DNA of 64,000 bases, from positions 19,778,001 through 19,842,000 of the forward strand of contig CM106586.1 in NCBI GenBank assembly GCA_048013815.1. The letters are read 5' to 3'. Positions 58,808 through 64,000 of the stretch are shown here, in pieces (the stretch's first letter is position 1; each line of letters opens with the position of its first letter). This DNA is from Setoptus koraiensis. Lineage: Eukaryota > Animalia > Arthropoda. The position numbers and the translations under genes were made by a program. The notes below the pieces were generated by a model. The model was not told the origin of the DNA. It ran no database searches and was given only the letters and a program-made list of their open reading frames with translations.

Positions 58808-59383
58808 CTACAACTCCACTTTTGAGCTGTCCTCTATTTTGATTGCCTCAACTTCAAAAACTAGAGTAGAATCCGGAGGTATGGTCGGTGGAGAGCCTGA
58901 TTCGCCGTATGCCAAATGAGGTGGAATTACTAGTTTTCTTTTTTCTCCTGCACAAATGCCCAGAAGACCCTGGTCCCAGCCCTTGATCACCTGGCCAGTT
59001 CCTAAGCTAAAAATCAAGGGTTGACCCCGTTTATAACTGTTGTCGAATTCGGCTCCGTTTGCCTTCAAGCTTCCTCTGTAATGCATGTGAAGCGAGTCAC
59101 CTTTTTGTGCTTTTTTGACACAATCTGGAACTCTTTTCTTTATGCCTATTTGCAATTTGGCCTTTGGCTTGACATCCTCCACCACGGATGGCATCTTTGG
59201 CAGACTATTTATAATTTCATCGCTATACACTCTAGTGGTAGTGCTCTCTTCTGGATCATCTATATCATTGCGTTCAGTAGTCACTCGTTGGATAAGTAGA
59301 AAATAAATAAGTATGACAAATGAGGATTTTATAGCTAATCTCAAGTATGGCTTTAGGAATGCTTTCCAGGAAGATCTGTCCAT
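58808..59383 (-). CDS. FKBP2: ER peptidyl-prolyl isomerase FKBP2/FKBP13-like
   Basis: KLQIGIKKRV..C...KGDSLHMHYRG...FDNSYKRGQP..FSLGTGQVIKGWDQGL...GEKRKLVIPPHLAYG, N-terminal hydrophobic segment, KDEL-like end KVEL. Confidence 0.9.
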   Translation of the reverse strand: MDRSSWKAFLKPYLRLAIKSSFVILIYFLLIQRVTTERNDIDDPEESTTTRVYSDEIINSLPKMPSVVEDVKPKAKLQIGIKKRVPDCVKKAQKGDSLHMHYRGSLKANGAEFDNSYKRGQPLIFSLGTGQVIKGWDQGLLGICAGEKRKLVIPPHLAYGESGSPPTIPPDSTLVFEVEAIKIEDSSKVEL

Positions 59384-59977
59384 AATTAACAATCAGAGAT
59401 AGCGTAAGCGTCAGGTATAAATAGATAATTTATGCTATTGAGAAAATGGGAAATGTTGAGAGGCGATATGTCGGCGTATATTTCACAAGTTGCGAATCAC
59501 ATCTGATTGTTGTAAAATCAGCCTGACGCTACAAACATGTGATTTTGACTGGTTGTTATTATTTATGATGGCATGAAGGTTCACCCGTGAATTATTTACG
59601 ATTGACGCCAATCGACGGGCTCATGCTCATGAACACCCCATAAGATCCATGAAAATGACAGAATTCATCCACATTCACGGATAAATATCGCTCACTATTT
59701 TGAGTAGAGATATCGTCGTTGTGTGGACATCGGCGATTTTACCCTTTAAATTTAGCGCTTTGCTCATTGAGTCGATTTGAACATGCGCACCGGAATTGTT
59801 GAACCCATTGTAAGGTCACACAAAACATAAATGCCCAATTCTAGAGGACACGATTGATTATCATTATTATCGCCGTCGTTCTCTCTTGTTTCTGACTTAT
59901 TACTGTTGTTGTTATTATTCATCGACTACATTCACAATCGGAGTTTACTTACGATCTATTACTTACAACCAACAAAC

Positions 59978-60826
59978 ATGGCACCACCAGCTTATGGAGA
60001 TCTCGGTAAGGCATCCAAGGACTTATTCTCTAAACATTATCATTTCGGTCTGGTCAAGCTAGACCTCAAAACAAAGACACCGTCAGGAGTTGAGTTTGTA
60101 GTCAACGGTCTCAATGAGAATGACACTGGCCGTATAGCGGCATTCTTAGAGACCAAATACAACATCAAATCTCATGGTATAACATTGAAGGAAAAATGGA
60201 ACACGGACAATATTTTATCCGGTGAGGCAATTGCCGATGACTGCCTTGTGAAAGGTCTGAGGCTGGGCCTATCTGGTACATTCGCTCCACAAAGTGGTAA
60301 AAAAACCGGAAAATTAACAGCTGGTTATAAGACATTATTCATTAATTTGAATGGAGATATCGATTTAGATTATGCAGGTGCCACCATCCATGGATCAAGC
60401 GTATTCGGTTACCAGGGATGGTTGGCGGGTATGAAAGTGTCATTCGATCCAACTAAGAACAAGCTTAGCAGATCTAATTTTGCCCTAGGCTATCAACAAG
60501 GCGATGTGCACGTACATGGTCACCTAGATGACGGGCGCGATATTAACTGTTCTGTTTACCAAAGGCTCAACGATGACTTAGAAGCAGGTATCAACGTCGC
60601 ATGGGCCTCTAGCAACAATATGACAAAATTCGGCCTGGGTTGCCATTATAAATTAGACAAAGATTCGGCAATAAGAGCAAAAGTCAACAACGTCAGCCAA
60701 ATCGGTCTCGGTTTCATCCACCGTCTACGACCAGGAATCAATCTTACATTGAGTGCTCAGGTTGATGCTAAGAACTTTAATCAAGGAGGCCACAAATTAG
60801 GTTTAGGATTCGATTTAGAGGCTTAA
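59978..60826 (+). CDS. VDAC: Voltage-dependent anion channel (mitochondrial porin), 282 aa, intronless
   Basis: MAPPAYGDLGKASKDLF...LKEKWNTDN...RAKVNNVSQIGLG...GGHKLGLGFDLEA. Confidence 0.98.
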   Translation: MAPPAYGDLGKASKDLFSKHYHFGLVKLDLKTKTPSGVEFVVNGLNENDTGRIAAFLETKYNIKSHGITLKEKWNTDNILSGEAIADDCLVKGLRLGLSGTFAPQSGKKTGKLTAGYKTLFINLNGDIDLDYAGATIHGSSVFGYQGWLAGMKVSFDPTKNKLSRSNFALGYQQGDVHVHGHLDDGRDINCSVYQRLNDDLEAGINVAWASSNNMTKFGLGCHYKLDKDSAIRAKVNNVSQIGLGFIHRLRPGINLTLSAQVDAKNFNQGGHKLGLGFDLEA

Positions 60827-60989
60827 ACTCTTGCACAAACACACACACACCATGAAAGCGTAATTTCATATCAAATACGTGATTATATAAAGTACCTATA
60901 AATAAATTTCACAAATTTGATTTACCAGAGAGAAAAAAAAAAGAGAATAGTAGTAACCAATCCAGGTTCTCATAATATTCAGCAATATG

Positions 60990-61280
60990 CATTGAAAATA
61001 ATTGTGTCATCTGAGGAGATTCTTGCATGACGCCTAGTAAATTCACTATTGTAATTAATTATTTAATCATCAGTACATTACTGATCAATATTGCATTAAA
61101 CTAAACGCTACACATGCACTATTTATCAAATTAAACGGCTGTAGCCAGTTGAATGTCTCGGTTGCTCCATCGCGGCTTCCACTTGAGCGGCTTCTCTTCA
61201 CAGATATCATTATGTGTTTTTTTCATTTCACGAAAGTAGTAACCTTATCACTATTCAGGTCATGTCATAGTTTTTTATTG
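60990..61280 (-). pseudogene. Decayed inverted copy of the NDUFB10 3' CDS, its 3' flank and the last PEX13 codons
   Basis: The reverse complement reads IKNYDMT*...VTTFVK*KKHIMIS against IKYGDMTY...VTAFMKQKHRMIF. 61049-61110 matches the reverse complement of 62170-62231 at 59/62. Confidence 0.8.
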
Positions 61281-61566
61281 ATAAATAACCAATAAAAAAG
61301 AATCAGTTTACTTTCCCGTTTGGAAGGTCTACATGTGTATGATGAATAGTTGACGCCTCGAGACCTCCTAACGGTTCTGCGATTTGGGGTTTAGTATTTT
61401 AAATTAAGCGCCTCGATCACTGGCGAAGTGATAGAGGACATCGTTAGTTTATTTACAAAATTGCACTCACGCCTCAAACCCTGTTTTTGTTGTTGTCATT
61501 ATCACATAATTAATATTTGGATATATTATATTTATTATTGTCGGATCAACTTACACAATCAACAAA

Positions 61567-62121
61567 ATGGCAGCACCTCCACCGCCAGGTCCCGAGTTCG
61601 TTCTTGAGCGAGACCCCAAGCAATTGAGGAGCCCCCTGAACAAGTTCTTTGACGGGCTGGGTGGACTAGTGAGAGGACCAGTGGATTGGGTCCACGAAAA
61701 TATTGTCGTACCAAATAGAGGACCCAAATACTATTGGTATCATAGGAAATTCGGTAGAGCTGTACCTATTGACGAATGTTACGTGGATGATAATGCTTGC
61801 ATGTTGGAAGCCGAGTTAGAATACAGAAGGAATATGTTGGTCGAGTCTGAATTGCTCAAATTATTAAGAGAACGCTGGGAGAATTGTCTAAAATGGGAAC
61901 AAGGTAAACACGGAAGCGCAAACATCTACCAATGCGACAAAGAATTTCAAGACTTTAAGCAGGCGGATTTGAATTTTTTTATAAAATACGGTGACATGAC
62001 CTACACTAGTAGTGTTGTTACTGCATTTATGAAACAAAAACACAGAATGATATTTGAAAGAAGAAAAGCTGCCGAGGAGGCAGCAAAAAAAGAAGCCGAG
62101 AAGGACGCGTCTGCGATTTAA
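61567..62121 (+). CDS. NDUFB10: NADH:ubiquinone oxidoreductase subunit B10 (PDSW), intronless
   Basis: YYWYHRKFGR...IDECYVDD..C..EA...RR...VE.E....LRER...C...C......KYGD.......AFMKQKHR pattern. Confidence 0.93.
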   Translation: MAAPPPPGPEFVLERDPKQLRSPLNKFFDGLGGLVRGPVDWVHENIVVPNRGPKYYWYHRKFGRAVPIDECYVDDNACMLEAELEYRRNMLVESELLKLLRERWENCLKWEQGKHGSANIYQCDKEFQDFKQADLNFFIKYGDMTYTSSVVTAFMKQKHRMIFERRKAAEEAAKKEAEKDASAI

Positions 62122-62273
62122 TGAGATGCCCATCTAGTGATAGACGTTCAAATTGAAATATAATGTGTATAGCGTTTAGTTTAATGCAATATTGGTCAGT
62201 ACTGAACTGATGATTAAATAATTAATTACAACAACAATGAATATACCAGGCGTATTATGCTACGCTAGTTGAT

Positions 62274-63248
62274 TCATTTATTGTCATTGAGCGCGCTTTT
62301 AACAGATTCTATCTCGATATAGTTGGCCGGTACCAAGCCGATAGTTTTACCATCCATTCTTGATGCCAGGAGCCAGCCTTGGACTTTTGGTTGAGCGTGG
62401 GCGGGTGCCACTATAATCTTTTCATTTGCACTTAATGTCAGCTCATTTGCCATGTTGGTTTGGAATGGAAATTTGGCCACCGCTAGATAGTGAAAGCCGT
62501 CTTGTTGGGCCCACCTTGTGGTATCCTGACCGGATGGTTGATCTTGCGTTTTGCCTTCATCTGACATCATGAGTTTATAAATGAGCCACGGTGTGCCCGT
62601 AATAACGCTTAAAAACATGAATATTGGCCAAAGTCCACGCAAGGATTGATGCATCGCCGCACCGTTAGTAATGGAATGATCCAATGATTCTGACCAGGCC
62701 AATTCGTTAGTGTCATTAACGTCTATCAGACGAAACATTTGAAGGACTCGTTGCAAAAATCTCTTAATTGTTTTCATAATTGTCAGCGATGCTAAAATAC
62801 TGGTCATTAGATGTTTCAGACGAGCCATATGCTCAGCAACGCCTAATACGGCTCGAAATGATGAATGGACCGCAAAATATGTGGACTCCATGAGCATTGA
62901 TACAGATGAGAATGCGTGTACTATGGATTCAATAGATTGGAATGCCCTACGTGAACTCTCCTCGGCCGCTCTAACAAAATCCACCTCCTGGGGCATACCG
63001 AAGCCAACTCCTCCGGGTGCTAGACCACTAAATCCGCCCGCCATTCCGTAACCCGACCCATAGGCGCCATAAGCTGATCCATAGGGTTGATAAGGTGACA
63101 TTCCATAGGGTGATCCCATGCCCATGCCTAAACCCATTCCCATTCCCATACCTAAACCAAACCGTTGATTGTAGGGCGACAAGGCACTGTACTGTTGTGT
63201 GGCTGACACCTCACCTGGCCTGGGTGGTACCGGCGGAGGTGCTGCCAT
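62274..63248 (-). CDS. PEX13: Peroxin-13, intronless
   Basis: PPPVPPRP and YG-rich N-terminus, Peroxin-13_N segment (FVRAAEESSRRAFQSIESIVHAFSSVSMLMESTYFAVHSSFRAVLGVA), TM helix, C-terminal SH3 (ELTL...GWLLAS.DG..GLVPANYI). Confidence 0.96.
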   Translation of the reverse strand: MAAPPPVPPRPGEVSATQQYSALSPYNQRFGLGMGMGMGLGMGMGSPYGMSPYQPYGSAYGAYGSGYGMAGGFSGLAPGGVGFGMPQEVDFVRAAEESSRRAFQSIESIVHAFSSVSMLMESTYFAVHSSFRAVLGVAEHMARLKHLMTSILASLTIMKTIKRFLQRVLQMFRLIDVNDTNELAWSESLDHSITNGAAMHQSLRGLWPIFMFLSVITGTPWLIYKLMMSDEGKTQDQPSGQDTTRWAQQDGFHYLAVAKFPFQTNMANELTLSANEKIIVAPAHAQPKVQGWLLASRMDGKTIGLVPANYIEIESVKSALNDNK

Positions 63249-64000
63249 TTTTGTGTCGATGTGTAAAAATAGATTTGACAATTATAAATAATAATATTTC
63301 CTAATATGAGTTGTGTATTAACGAGTCTAGCAACGAAATCAGAAAACCAGACTAGATGTAACGGTTGGCAAATCAGTGGTGAATGAGAAGAAAATGTAAA
63401 TATTGCGACGTCCTCGATACTGTTATAAAATTGCCAAGGCGCTAAATTTGAAACAAAGTAGCCGTTCTCAGGTTGGTTTGGTCGAGATGGATTCATCGGA
63501 TTTGGAATTGAAATTTTCCACACTGAGACAGCCAGCAACAGGTAACACAAGGTAATGAGCACTTTCTTACAGGCAAACCTGAACTGTTACGTAAGCTGTG
63601 AGTCGCCGCTCCCATTCCGAACGAGGGAGAGTGATTGGATGGCAGTTCTGACGCTTCTCGCAGAGAAAGGGGAGCTGTCTTGCAAGCTCCCATAGTCGCT
63701 CGGGGAGGCTGAAGTTGTTGTTGTCATGTAATGTTTATTTATCCTTTGGCTTGCCATTGCGACTGTACATGTCCCTCTGTCTGTATCGCGCTTCCTATGC
63801 TCGTATCCCTGTGCTACGTTGTTAGAGAGCCGGCGGCATTTGTGGCCAGGAGGTTATTGCGAATGTGTAAGCATACGATTAAGATATAAGATTTCGTTGC
63901 CGCCTTAGTGGCTCCGATACACTTGTGCTGTTGCTTTCGGCTGTAAGTGGGTTACATAACAAGTTTTCGCACATGACTATTGTGAGATGATTTGTGACTA

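Noticed and set aside
61049-62231. Inverted repeats read as transposon TIRs capturing NDUFB10
   Set aside because: Homology continues inward into the NDUFB10 CDS and outward into PEX13 codons, and I found no target-site duplication. An inverted gene-fragment duplication fits better.
63290-63760. Minus-strand frame MASQRINKHY...DSQLT*QFRFACKKVLITLCYLLLAV... suggesting readthrough or a split gene
   Set aside because: No family recognised, no plausible intron around the TAA, and the downstream part runs into the PEX13 5' region.

Overview
This is eukaryotic nuclear DNA from an arthropod with a very compact, intron-poor genome. My inference is an acariform, possibly eriophyoid, mite, based on the gene content and on normally multi-exon genes occurring as single ORFs. 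I found no rRNA, tRNA, CRISPR array or intact transposon. The window alternates between AT-rich gene-dense blocks (about 6.6-34 kb and 57-63.3 kb) and GC/CpG-rich, palindrome-rich blocks with no recognisable genes (about 0-6.6 kb and 40.4-56.5 kb). Genes in order: RpS26, Neurexin IV, two small unidentified genes, KRI1, an ABCC/MRP4-type exporter (5 exons), two tandem copies of a head-to-head cytochrome P450 + NRF-6-like acyltransferase-3 pair, an Rbfox-type RRM protein with a ~1000-aa low-complexity tail, a secreted Gln-rich Cys-domain protein, FKBP2, VDAC, NDUFB10 and PEX13. The most interesting structure is the ABCC-P450-acyltransferase cluster, duplicated as a ~6.1-6.3 kb unit with paralog divergence concentrated in probable substrate-contacting regions. 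It is a candidate animal metabolic or detoxification gene cluster. Second is a decayed inverted copy of the NDUFB10 3' end whose 62-nt non-coding core is far better conserved (59/62) than its coding part.
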